The notes beneath the pieces are model-generated. The model had not been told where the DNA came from and made no database searches. It worked only from the letters and a program-made list of their open reading frames with translations. Made by a program: the position numbers and the translations under genes. Below are positions 40,008-49,033 of a stretch of 64,000 bases of DNA, piece by piece (position 1 is the stretch's first letter; the number at the start of each line of letters is the position of its first letter). The DNA comes from Bacteroidota bacterium. Lineage in GTDB: Bacteria; Bacteroidota; Bacteroidia; Palsa-965. The DNA lies in contig JABDAO010000002.1 in assembly GCA_013289095.1 (NCBI GenBank), positions 2,673 to 66,672 of the forward strand, read 5' to 3'.

Positions 40008-41018
40008 TTAGGCCGGCAAGGACCGGAGCGCTTGCTTGAGTGAAATTAATAATTGTTCCTGTGTTTTAATTCGAACCGTATTAGCCAGTAAATGTTCGAG
40101 AGGATCAGTGATTTTGATGCCAGGCAAGAGTACGATTAGTTTTTTCTTAAAGATCGCGGCTTCGAGTAGAATGCTCGAAAACATCCCTATGGTTACTTCA
40201 GAATAATACAGAAGTTCAGGAATCGACGCTTCGGTTAGGACTGAAAAAGAGAAGGCTGTTTTCTTTTGGAAATGAACGAGTGTTTTTTGGAGTATGGCTC
40301 TGTCTTGATTGGGATGGCATTTGATTAATAGGTGAAATTCAGCAGCAATCGGCATTGATTTCAGCGTATTCAACAGAAGGTGGAGGGTCGTTTGCTCATC
40401 AAACCCGAATTTGTCGATCCCTCCGGCATTTGTTAACGGGTCAGGTGCAAATAAAATGAGCTGTTTACTGGTTTCGACTCCAAGTGAAGAATATAGCGCT
40501 TGGCGTGACCTTGTCGGGCGCCAGGTTTTAAGGAAATGATGATATGGATTCCCGACACATCGAATTCGTAAGGAGCGGACACCTTCTCTGAGTGCCATTC
40601 TTTTGGCGGTGCTATCAACGACCCAGGTCTCATTCGGAAATAGATACTTCCCCTTCAAGATAAACCGGGAGGCCATATTTGTCCAGTGATCAATAAATGA
40701 ATACGTTCGGACAGCATTTTTGTTGCCCCAATGTAGGGCAAGTAACTCCAGTTCTGATGTGTACGAAGTGCCAGTGAATATATACTCTGGATTGAAGGAA
40801 CTCAAGATGCCAGTCAGCGTTGATTTGGAAGCGTGTTTGACCTGGAGGCCGAAGTCTTCGGTAAAAGAATAAGATCGATCAGATAAGATGATGAATGATG
40901 TTACGTTTTGAGACCCCAGAACCTGGTGGGCTAAAGCCAGTATTGCCTTTGCTCCGCCGGGGTCGCTGAAGACAAATACACCGCGTTTGTGAATGAATTC
41001 CTTGACATAGATTCTCAC
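40008..41018 (-). CDS. Hypothetical GT-B-like polysaccharide biosynthesis protein
   Basis: SDPGGA, IDHWTN...RF, IKCHPNQ, GMFSSILLEA. Confidence 0.6.
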   Translation of the reverse strand: MRIYVKEFIHKRGVFVFSDPGGAKAILALAHQVLGSQNVTSFIILSDRSYSFTEDFGLQVKHASKSTLTGILSSFNPEYIFTGTSYTSELELLALHWGNKNAVRTYSFIDHWTNMASRFILKGKYLFPNETWVVDSTAKRMALREGVRSLRIRCVGNPYHHFLKTWRPTRSRQALYSSLGVETSKQLILFAPDPLTNAGGIDKFGFDEQTTLHLLLNTLKSMPIAAEFHLLIKCHPNQDRAILQKTLVHFQKKTAFSFSVLTEASIPELLYYSEVTIGMFSSILLEAAIFKKKLIVLLPGIKITDPLEHLLANTVRIKTQEQLLISLKQALRSLPA

Positions 41019-42310
41019 TGGATCAATTCCTTTATGTTTTCTGCGACTTTTTGGAAAGCATTAATCACATCCATTAAATCAAGCGTGCTCATACCAGGCC
41101 TCATGAATTCATGAGTAATCAGTTCGTTATAATGTAACTGTTCTGCGTTGGGACAAATTCCGGGAGCATAACTTACTTGACCCGTATATCGTGGACAGTT
41201 GAAGGAACATGCGGAAATCCGCTGTTGGTAGATCGGTTGGAGGTAAAGCGGTTTCACATAGCCTGCCCCAATTAGGGGTGTATCTTCTCTCATGACCGCT
41301 GATGGTAGCTCAGCTTTAAGTGCATCCACATAACGGTTTCTGTGCACACCTGAAAAAAGTGATTGATCGTATTTCAACGGATGTACATAGTAAGCATGTG
41401 TGTTGCCTTGTTCCACAAGTGGGGCTGTTAAGCCTTGGATCTGTTCAAAACCGTTTGTTAAATAATCAATGTTTTTTCTTCGTTCGACAAGTAGGCCGGG
41501 CAATTTTTTCAATTGTTCAATGCCTATAGCGGCCGCAATTTCAGTCATTCTGTAATTAAAACCTTGCGTATTCAGAAGGTCAAGTGTTCCTTTTGCTTCA
41601 ACAACCTGCTCTCCATGATTTCTGATGAGGAAGAGTTTTTCAGCGAGCAAATCATCGTTGGTTACGACAACACCTCCTTCGCCTGTGTGTACGTGTTTGT
41701 GATAATTCAGACTAAAGACACCGATGTGCCCTATGGTACCTACCAATTTGTCTTTATACATTGCCATGGGCGCCTGAGCGCAGTCTTCAATAACCGTTAG
41801 GTTATGTTTGCGGGCAATCTGCATAACTTCGTTCATCTTTGAGGGGTTCCCGAAAATATGCACAACAAGTATAGCTTTGGTTCTTGGAGTGATACAGCGT
41901 TCAATGCTCGCTGGATCCAGACCAAAATTGTCTATGTCTATATCTGCGAAAACAGGCACTGCACCATAGATGAGCGGAGCGATAGCTCCGGCCGACATGG
42001 TATAGGGTGAAACAATAACTTCATCACCGGGTTGAATGCCACAGGCGCCGATTGCAGCAAATAATCCGGAAGTGTTTGAGTTGACGGATATGGTATGCTT
42101 TACCTTAAACAACGTTGACCACTCTTTTTCAAAGGCTTGAACATAGGGGCCGCCGTAAAAATCCTTGTGCCAGGCTCCAAGAAATTGCGATAGGTTTCCA
42201 CTTTCCAATACAGTCAGTACGGCTCTTTTTTCTTCCTCACCTATCGTATTATACGCGGGAAAAAGTTTTGTTCGAACTGGTGTTCCACCACAGATTGCTA
42301 ATTTATTCAT
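41015..42310 (-). CDS. DegT/DnrJ/EryC1/StrS PLP-dependent sugar aminotransferase
   Basis: NSNTSGL, PVFADID, IEDCAQA, FSLNYHKHVHTGEGG, NYRMTEI. Confidence 0.92.
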   Translation of the reverse strand: MNKLAICGGTPVRTKLFPAYNTIGEEEKRAVLTVLESGNLSQFLGAWHKDFYGGPYVQAFEKEWSTLFKVKHTISVNSNTSGLFAAIGACGIQPGDEVIVSPYTMSAGAIAPLIYGAVPVFADIDIDNFGLDPASIERCITPRTKAILVVHIFGNPSKMNEVMQIARKHNLTVIEDCAQAPMAMYKDKLVGTIGHIGVFSLNYHKHVHTGEGGVVVTNDDLLAEKLFLIRNHGEQVVEAKGTLDLLNTQGFNYRMTEIAAAIGIEQLKKLPGLLVERRKNIDYLTNGFEQIQGLTAPLVEQGNTHAYYVHPLKYDQSLFSGVHRNRYVDALKAELPSAVMREDTPLIGAGYVKPLYLQPIYQQRISACSFNCPRYTGQVSYAPGICPNAEQLHYNELITHEFMRPGMSTLDLMDVINAFQKVAENIKELIQ

Positions 42311-42365
42311 TCTTTTAAATTATTTCAGAATAAAATTTCTTGCCAAAATACAATTCCAGGATAAC

Positions 42366-43310
42366 TCAGGAGCTTTTCACTGTGGCTCCATCTATAATAT
42401 CCAACATGTTTCTATTCAAACGAAGACTATTACTAAAGTTGGTGGAAGTGCCAGGATAAAAGCATTCAATTGCTCTCTGAACCACCGGTCGCATATAGTT
42501 TTTAATACAACCATCAGCCTGAAATATCGGAATGGAATTATTTTCCTTATAGCGAACCAGTTTGATCGTGTCTCCTGAATTGGTGATGAGGATGCCGTGA
42601 TCTAGGTAATACAGTTCGATTGTAAAGATGGGATATTCAATGCCGGTCAAACCTATTAAATGAATTCTGAAATTATTCCATTCAGCTGAGAATGAACGCG
42701 TCGGATCGTTGGTGAAACGATCAGGCACTGAGCTCGAGTGTGTGATTTTCGTTAACGCCAAACGCTCGTCCAGTAGAAATTCAAGAAGGTCAAAGGCATG
42801 AGATGCGTTATTAAGAAAGCCGCCGGTATATTTGACAACGACTTCCTGGAGCGTCATAGAATTTAAATATTCTGAAAATGATTTTTTAAAGCTTATGAAC
42901 GCCGGCTGAAAACTGCGGATGTAATTAACGAGAACACGAGCGTGTGAGTTAGAAGCATATTGTTCAATTTCATCCAGGTCGGTGACAGAGTACGAAATTG
43001 GTTTTTCGCAAATGATCACAGGAGTATTAAGACGAAGAAAGAACTCCAACTGTTCTTTGTGTTGGGCCGTAGGAGAACAAATACTTACCAGATCAAAAAT
43101 GCCAGGTGGTATCGATTTTAGTTCGGACAAGCAATTGCCCTTATATCTTGTAGCGATTAAACTTGACAGGTCGGACTTTGTATCGTAAAACGAAAGGTTA
43201 AAATATTCTGATTCGAATAGAGCCTTTGCATGTGTTTGAATGTCATCGTTTTCGAGGTCGTATTGAGCCCCTATTTTTCCACATCCAATAACGAGTGCTT
43301 TTCGTTTCAC
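42366..43310 (-). CDS. Gfo/Idh/MocA family oxidoreductase
   Basis: IGCGKIG, ICSPTAQH, ICEKP, VNYIR, GGFLNNASHAFDL. Confidence 0.85.
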   Translation of the reverse strand: MKRKALVIGCGKIGAQYDLENDDIQTHAKALFESEYFNLSFYDTKSDLSSLIATRYKGNCLSELKSIPPGIFDLVSICSPTAQHKEQLEFFLRLNTPVIICEKPISYSVTDLDEIEQYASNSHARVLVNYIRSFQPAFISFKKSFSEYLNSMTLQEVVVKYTGGFLNNASHAFDLLEFLLDERLALTKITHSSSVPDRFTNDPTRSFSAEWNNFRIHLIGLTGIEYPIFTIELYYLDHGILITNSGDTIKLVRYKENNSIPIFQADGCIKNYMRPVVQRAIECFYPGTSTNFSNSLRLNRNMLDIIDGATVKSS

Positions 43311-44014
43311 GGTCTTTTCTTCAGTAAGAGTGAATACTTGACTTCCGCAATTTTCCAGTCCTCCTCAGTATCGATATCCTGTACTTCTGATTCGGGGACT
43401 TCTAATGCTAATGTGTGTTCAGTGAAGAGGCTTCTGGTTGTTAAAAATCGGTCTGTTCTGAAAAAATAGAACTGTCCGCAATCATGGTAGGCTGGTGGCA
43501 GATCTTGTGAACGGGAATTCAGGTTTTCGGGCCAATTCATTTTTGCCAAACCGTTTTCAATCTTCAGTGATCGAAGAATCGGATAACTAAACCGACATAC
43601 TGGAATAATTCCATCAGCAGTCGAGTTTTTTAATTGAAAGTAGGCCTCCCGAAGTTTGTCTTTGTTTACGAAGGGGGCTGTTGGGTAGATGCAACAGAAA
43701 TATTCAAATAATTGATCTGTTTTATGCAATTCGCAGAGAACCTCCTCAAGCACTTCGGCTGTCGTACTCTGGTCATCGGAAGATTTAGCAGAGCGCAGAA
43801 ATGGGATAAATGCTCCAGACGCTCTGGAGATCATGGCAATTTCTTCGCTATCCGTCGAAACCATAACCAGGTCAAAACAACCTGATTGAAGCGCAGCATC
43901 AATAGAATATTGGATGATTGGCTGGCCGAGGAATGAGCGTATGTTTTTTTTTGGTATTCTTTTACTCCCGCCCCTGGCAGTGATTATGGCAACCGCATTT
44001 TTTCGTAGAATCAT
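43307..44014 (-). CDS. pseF: Pseudaminic acid cytidylyltransferase
   Basis: ITARGGSKRIPKKNI, VSTDSEEIA, CCIYPTAPF, RSQDLPPAYHDCGQFY, QDIDTEEDW. Confidence 0.9.
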   Translation of the reverse strand: MILRKNAVAIITARGGSKRIPKKNIRSFLGQPIIQYSIDAALQSGCFDLVMVSTDSEEIAMISRASGAFIPFLRSAKSSDDQSTTAEVLEEVLCELHKTDQLFEYFCCIYPTAPFVNKDKLREAYFQLKNSTADGIIPVCRFSYPILRSLKIENGLAKMNWPENLNSRSQDLPPAYHDCGQFYFFRTDRFLTTRSLFTEHTLALEVPESEVQDIDTEEDWKIAEVKYSLLLKKRP

Positions 44015-44182
44015 ATCTTGTAAATATGCTGTTGGTTCAATAAAAATTCAACAATTTGATAATTTTTTTAGTGATAATTCAGTCGGGATTACTAATTTCA
44101 TCAAAGTTAGGCGAATCTTCCCTGATTTCCTGAACTCTGGCCTGCATAAATGGGCAGAGAATGAAGCCAACGTTACGGCATC

Positions 44183-45214
44183 TCAGTCTTCATCATCTCT
44201 TACCTCCTTTGGTTTCGGGAATGAGTCAGGCTTTAAAAACGAGACTGTATACGAAATCCTCGATTGAACAAAGGTGGTGAAGCCTTTCTTAAAGAGTGCA
44301 ATACTTCTCGATTTGGCAGACTCGCCGGGATCAAGATTGCCCATATTAAAGTAAAGGAGTCCCAGTTTTTGAGCATGTAAAATCGAGAAATAAAGAGTAT
44401 AATGCGAAAGTGGCAGGTCTTCAGCCATCAATTCCCGATCATATACTCCAATTCCGTAATAGGCCGTCTCTGAGCCATGCAAAATATAGGACGCTGCTAC
44501 CAGCTTGTCCTGGTAATAACCGGTCACTAAATAGGCTTTATTTTGCTGAAGCATTTCAAACTGAGTCATCCAGCTCTCATCAGAGCGGGTTGTACGGCCT
44601 GCAACATGGATATGAAAATCCCTGAATTTGATGAATTCGGTTAGTTCGACATCCCTACCTGATATCACTTGCAATTTCAGATTATGAAAGCCCCAATTTA
44701 TCAGCGATTTATAACTTTTTCTGACATTCGTTTTGATAAGATCAGACTGGATGTGCAGATCAATCATTCCAAAATGTTCTATTCTCGAAGATTTGATTTT
44801 ATCATAAAAAGAGTTGACAAAATGCCCATTGGAATAAAATGTCAATTCAGTAAAATTATGCGACTGGATCAACCCCTTGATAAAGGCAATGGTTTTTGTG
44901 AAAGACATCCAAAGAAGTTCCGGGTTCACCTCCAGATAGAATATCTGGGCCGGGTCATTAAAAAAACGGAAACTTGTTCCGCTGGTAAAAATGTAGCAAC
45001 AAAGCACGGGTTTTTCATCATAAAATGCGACCACTGAGAAATCTTCATAGTTTCCAGGAAAGACTTGTGCATTATAAGCAAGGGAAAGCGAATGATAGGT
45101 ATATTCTCGTTGGATCTGATGAAATAAGTCAGAGGATGTGAATTGTCCTTTTTCTAATACAGTTAAATCTCGTAGAAGCTTTACACTGAACATAGACAGA
45201 GAGGGTAAGACCAA
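44183..45214 (-). CDS. FemAB/GNAT-fold protein
   Basis: VRKSYKSLINWG, FHIHVAGRTTRS, AYYGIGVYDR, LFKKGF. Confidence 0.7.
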   Translation of the reverse strand: MVLPSLSMFSVKLLRDLTVLEKGQFTSSDLFHQIQREYTYHSLSLAYNAQVFPGNYEDFSVVAFYDEKPVLCCYIFTSGTSFRFFNDPAQIFYLEVNPELLWMSFTKTIAFIKGLIQSHNFTELTFYSNGHFVNSFYDKIKSSRIEHFGMIDLHIQSDLIKTNVRKSYKSLINWGFHNLKLQVISGRDVELTEFIKFRDFHIHVAGRTTRSDESWMTQFEMLQQNKAYLVTGYYQDKLVAASYILHGSETAYYGIGVYDRELMAEDLPLSHYTLYFSILHAQKLGLLYFNMGNLDPGESAKSRSIALFKKGFTTFVQSRISYTVSFLKPDSFPKPKEVRDDED

Positions 45215-45563
45215 CGATTTGCGTCTCGTAAAATTAGAAAGAAATTCGATTCAGGGCCTGTAAATCAGTCAAATATCGACGATCTGGCTAAGTCCTAGCA
45301 CAAACGAAACAGCAAGACTACACCCTTTGACTAAGCATCAAGCGATATTTACTAAATCCCGGGAGTGCTAATAATCTTCTGTGGGCTTAGCGCCCCCGAT
45401 TGAAAAGATCGCGCCAATATTTCACAAAAGCTTGAATTAATCTTTCTAAAATATTGGTTATCTTGGAAGCCTGATCAGAGCATTTCTTCCTAGTTTAGAT
45501 GAACGATACCTGTGATTAGGAACATTCCGATGTAAATAAATCCATGATTCAACTTTAGTACAG

Positions 45564-46607
45564 ATGATCCAGTCGATTCATATTGAAAATCAATGCATTG
45601 GTGCACTCGAACGCCCATTTATCATTGCCGAGATGTCAGGTAATCATAACAAATCACTGGATAGGGCTATGGAAATTGTAAGGGCCGCCGCCTTAGCAGG
45701 AGCAAGCGCAATTAAATTGCAAACATATACGGCTGATACAATGACGCTTCCGGAGATATTCAAAATTGAGGATGAAAACTCTCTTTGGCAAGGACGTGAG
45801 CTTTATGAACTCTACCAGGAAGCAGCTACCCCTTGGGAATGGCACAAACCTATTTTTGAATATGCCAGATCGTTGGGTTTGGTTGCCTTTTCGAGCCCTT
45901 TTGATGCTTCCTCCGTCGATTTTCTGGAAGAGTTAGGAGTAGGGGCTTTTAAAATAGCATCTTTCGAAAATACGGATTTGCCGCTACTTACCAAAATAGC
46001 AGCCACCCGAAAACCAGTCATTCTTTCAACCGGAGCATCAACCCTAAGCGAGCTGGACGAAGCCGTGAGTACCTTGCGCACTCATGGGTGTACAGAATTG
46101 ATTTTGTTGAAATGCACTAGCACATACCCTGCGAGCCCTGAACAATCAAATTTGAAGACGATTCCGCATCTTCAACAATTGTATCAATGTCAGGTTGGTC
46201 TATCCGACCATACAATGGGTATTGGTGTGCCGATCGCCGCAATCGCACTGGGGGCAACCGTTATTGAAAAACATTTTACTTTAAATCGTGCCGATGGCGG
46301 AGTGGACAGTGCATTCTCCCTTGAGCCTCATGAACTTAAAAGCCTGGTTCAAGAGTCAGAAAGAGCTTTTCTGGCAATGGGGGAGATCCGGTATGGTGTG
46401 CAGGTAGCAGAGCAGAAATCCGTCGCTTTTAAGCGATCCGTCTATGTCGTGAAAGATATCAAGGCCGGGGATTTTTTCTCAGACGAGAATATTCGTGTTA
46501 TCCGGCCCGCAAATGGTCTTGCTCCCAGGTATTATCAAACACTGTTGGGTAAACGGGCCGCTATTGATATCAAAAGAGGTACACCAATGACCTGGGGGTT
46601 GATCTAG
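45564..46607 (+). CDS. pseI: Pseudaminic acid synthase
   Basis: IIAEMSGNHN, IKLQTYTADT, FSSPFD, KIASFE, GLSDHTMG, IEKHFTL, DSAFSLEP, C-terminal SAF domain. Confidence 0.93.
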   Translation: MIQSIHIENQCIGALERPFIIAEMSGNHNKSLDRAMEIVRAAALAGASAIKLQTYTADTMTLPEIFKIEDENSLWQGRELYELYQEAATPWEWHKPIFEYARSLGLVAFSSPFDASSVDFLEELGVGAFKIASFENTDLPLLTKIAATRKPVILSTGASTLSELDEAVSTLRTHGCTELILLKCTSTYPASPEQSNLKTIPHLQQLYQCQVGLSDHTMGIGVPIAAIALGATVIEKHFTLNRADGGVDSAFSLEPHELKSLVQESERAFLAMGEIRYGVQVAEQKSVAFKRSVYVVKDIKAGDFFSDENIRVIRPANGLAPRYYQTLLGKRAAIDIKRGTPMTWGLI

Positions 46608-46660
46608 GCCTTTCAGGCGAAAGCGATATGCCTATAGCTCTTGAACTGCGGAAAACAGAA

Positions 46661-47662
46661 ATGAAAAAAATAATCTTCAGAGCTGATGGTGGGGTCAAAA
46701 CCGGATTCGGGCATATCTATCGGCTGCTGGCATTAGCAGAAATGTTGCGCGAGGATTTTCTGTGCGTCTTTGTCACCTCTGTTCAGAATGATTTTCTTCA
46801 GTCTGAAATTCAAAAGTGTTGTTCATTGCTTATTTTACCTGATTCTGAAAATCCAGTTGATCCAAATGCCGATCTTCCTTTTGATCTTGAACCGTTTCTT
46901 ACCGGAACAGAAATTGTAGTAATCGACGGATATCATTTCAGATGCGCATATCAAATGGCAGTCAAAAACGCAGGATGCAAATTGGTTTGTGTAGATGATC
47001 TCGTAATTCCGGAAATTTGCGCTGATTTAATTATTAACCATTCACCTGGGATCAGACTTGAGGACTACACCGTTTACAAATCCGTCCAACTCTGTTTGGG
47101 CCTGGAGTATGCCATCCTCAGAAAGCCATTTTTCAGGCCATTCCTTATCAAACGGGATAAATATCAATCGGCATTCGTCAGCTTCGGAGGGGCCGATCCT
47201 TTTGGATTTTGCTATAAACTGGCTAGCATAATACTTAATCTTCAGCTATATAGAAGCGTGCATGTGTTGTGCTCCTCCTCGTTTAGCTCTGATCTGCTTC
47301 AGCGGTTAACCGTTCTCGAAGCCAGCTCGAATGACCAGTTGATTTTGCACCTGAACCTTGGCGCCGCTGAAATTGTTGATCTGATGGATGTGTGTACGGA
47401 TGCTTTTGTTTCGGCAAGCACTGTTTTGCTGGAAGCATATTCGAGGGGGCTTCGCTGTTACACCGGTTATTACGTAGATAATCAAAAAAATAATTATTCA
47501 GGGTTTGTTGAAAATAAGCTGGCAATTGGAATGGGGCGGGTGAATGACCTCTCCGATTCTGATTTTAAAGGGCTCTTTCATAAAGATCAATCTGTTCAGC
47601 TTTGCCCAGCGCCGCTTGGTTCAGTAGGAAATATAAAAAATGCATTTAAAACATTGTGCTGA
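46661..47662 (+). CDS. pseG: UDP-2,4-diacetamido-2,4,6-trideoxy-beta-L-altropyranose hydrolase
   Basis: FRADGGVKTGFGHIYR, VIDGYHF, GLEYAILRKPF, FGGADP. Start set at MKKIIF. Confidence 0.88.
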   Translation: MKKIIFRADGGVKTGFGHIYRLLALAEMLREDFLCVFVTSVQNDFLQSEIQKCCSLLILPDSENPVDPNADLPFDLEPFLTGTEIVVIDGYHFRCAYQMAVKNAGCKLVCVDDLVIPEICADLIINHSPGIRLEDYTVYKSVQLCLGLEYAILRKPFFRPFLIKRDKYQSAFVSFGGADPFGFCYKLASIILNLQLYRSVHVLCSSSFSSDLLQRLTVLEASSNDQLILHLNLGAAEIVDLMDVCTDAFVSASTVLLEAYSRGLRCYTGYYVDNQKNNYSGFVENKLAIGMGRVNDLSDSDFKGLFHKDQSVQLCPAPLGSVGNIKNAFKTLC

Positions 47663-47702
47663 CTAAAATAAGGTTTACTTTGAATCGTACAAGCCCGTGA
47701 AC

Positions 47703-48155
47703 ATGATGAATCAAGTCTTAAGAAAAGCTACTTTGGCAGACGCTGGGCAATTATTGGAATGGCGAAATGACGATGGAACACGAAATAATTCGAATTCTAC
47801 AGGACTGGTTTCTTTGGATGCACATTTGGCGTGGTTAACAAAATCATTGGCTGATACCGGTTGCCGGTTCTACATCATGGAAGTGAATAAGGAAGCGGTG
47901 GGAACGATTCGTGACAACCTTGTACAAACGGAAGGTTGCACTAAGCAATACCTATCCTGGACAATTGCTCCAGTCTGCCGGGGTAAGGGCTATGGAACAG
48001 AGATGCTCCATATGTTTTTGAAAGAAAATAAAGGATGCTTTTATGCAGAAATCAAACCTTTCAACCAAAGTTCAATTAAGATGGTGGAGCAGAATCAGTT
48101 TGTTTTGCTAGGGAAAGCCGGTGAAAATTTAGTTTACACGCGAATTGTCACTTAG
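47703..48155 (+). CDS. pseH: GNAT N-acyltransferase (PseH-like)
   Basis: LLEWRND...H..W, GTIR, RGKGYG, NQSS; follows pseI and pseG. Confidence 0.7.
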   Translation: MMNQVLRKATLADAGQLLEWRNDDGTRNNSNSTGLVSLDAHLAWLTKSLADTGCRFYIMEVNKEAVGTIRDNLVQTEGCTKQYLSWTIAPVCRGKGYGTEMLHMFLKENKGCFYAEIKPFNQSSIKMVEQNQFVLLGKAGENLVYTRIVT

Positions 48156-48259
48156 AATCGGCCCGATCAGATGCGGAGATTCACTTTGCTTTGATTAATT
48201 TCCTTTCTTTATACGACTCGATCAGTCTGAAGCTTGTATCACTTAAAATTGTTTCGAAC

Positions 48260-48841
48260 ATGGACTTGCTCTTCGCAACCTCTAATAAAAATAAAGTCAT
48301 TGAAATGAGAACACTACTTGGCCCGGGTGTGCGACTGCTAAGCTTAGAGGATGTTGGGTGTCAGGAGGAGATCCCTGAAACTTCGGATACGATTGAAGGA
48401 AATGCATTGCAGAAAGTTCGATATATCATTCAAAAATATCACATAGATTGCTTTGCTGATGATACAGGAATGGAGGTTGATGTTTTGGATGGCAGGCCCG
48501 GTGTTTTTTCGGCCAGGTATGCCGGGGATTCGAGGGATGCGAATAAAAACATGGACAAGGTGCTCGGGGAGTTGAGTACTCAAGAAAACCGGGGTGCGCA
48601 ATTTAGGACAATCTTGGCGTTAATTCTTGGTGGCAAAGAATTTTCTTTTGAGGGAATTATGCGCGGTACAATTCTATACGAAAAAAGAGGGAACTCGGGG
48701 TTTGGATATGACCCCATCTTTCAACCCCAAGGGTTTTCCCGAAGTTTTGCTGAAATGAATCTTACAGAAAAAAACGGTACGAGCCACAGGGCGGCGGCGG
48801 CACTCAAAATGGCGGAGTTTCTTAATTCCAGGCTTGGATGA
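48260..48841 (+). CDS. rdgB: Non-canonical purine NTP pyrophosphatase (Ham1/RdgB)
   Basis: FATSNKNK, IPET, FADDTG, PGVFSARYAG, GFGYDPIF, SHRA. Start at ATG 48260. Confidence 0.93.
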   Translation: MDLLFATSNKNKVIEMRTLLGPGVRLLSLEDVGCQEEIPETSDTIEGNALQKVRYIIQKYHIDCFADDTGMEVDVLDGRPGVFSARYAGDSRDANKNMDKVLGELSTQENRGAQFRTILALILGGKEFSFEGIMRGTILYEKRGNSGFGYDPIFQPQGFSRSFAEMNLTEKNGTSHRAAAALKMAEFLNSRLG

Positions 48842-48892
48842 CGGTTTCATGGTAAACCCAAAATGAACAGTAGAAACGTAGTGCACTACTGT

Positions 48893-48947
48893 TCAGTGCG
48901 TTTGGATTTTGTGCAGTCCCGATATTCATCGGGATGGGTTATCTCGC
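48893..48947 (-). repeat. REP-like element with TCCCGAT-ATTC-ATCGGGA palindrome
   Basis: About 50-bp inverted relative of 59250-59302 (GATAACCCATCCCGATGA core). Confidence 0.55.
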
Positions 48948-49033
48948 TGCTCCTGAGAGCTGGCGGCCCTTTCAGAGCGTTAGCCATCTTCAACTGAAAA
49001 ATGCGGGATAAACCAACCTGGTTTCGTCGTACC

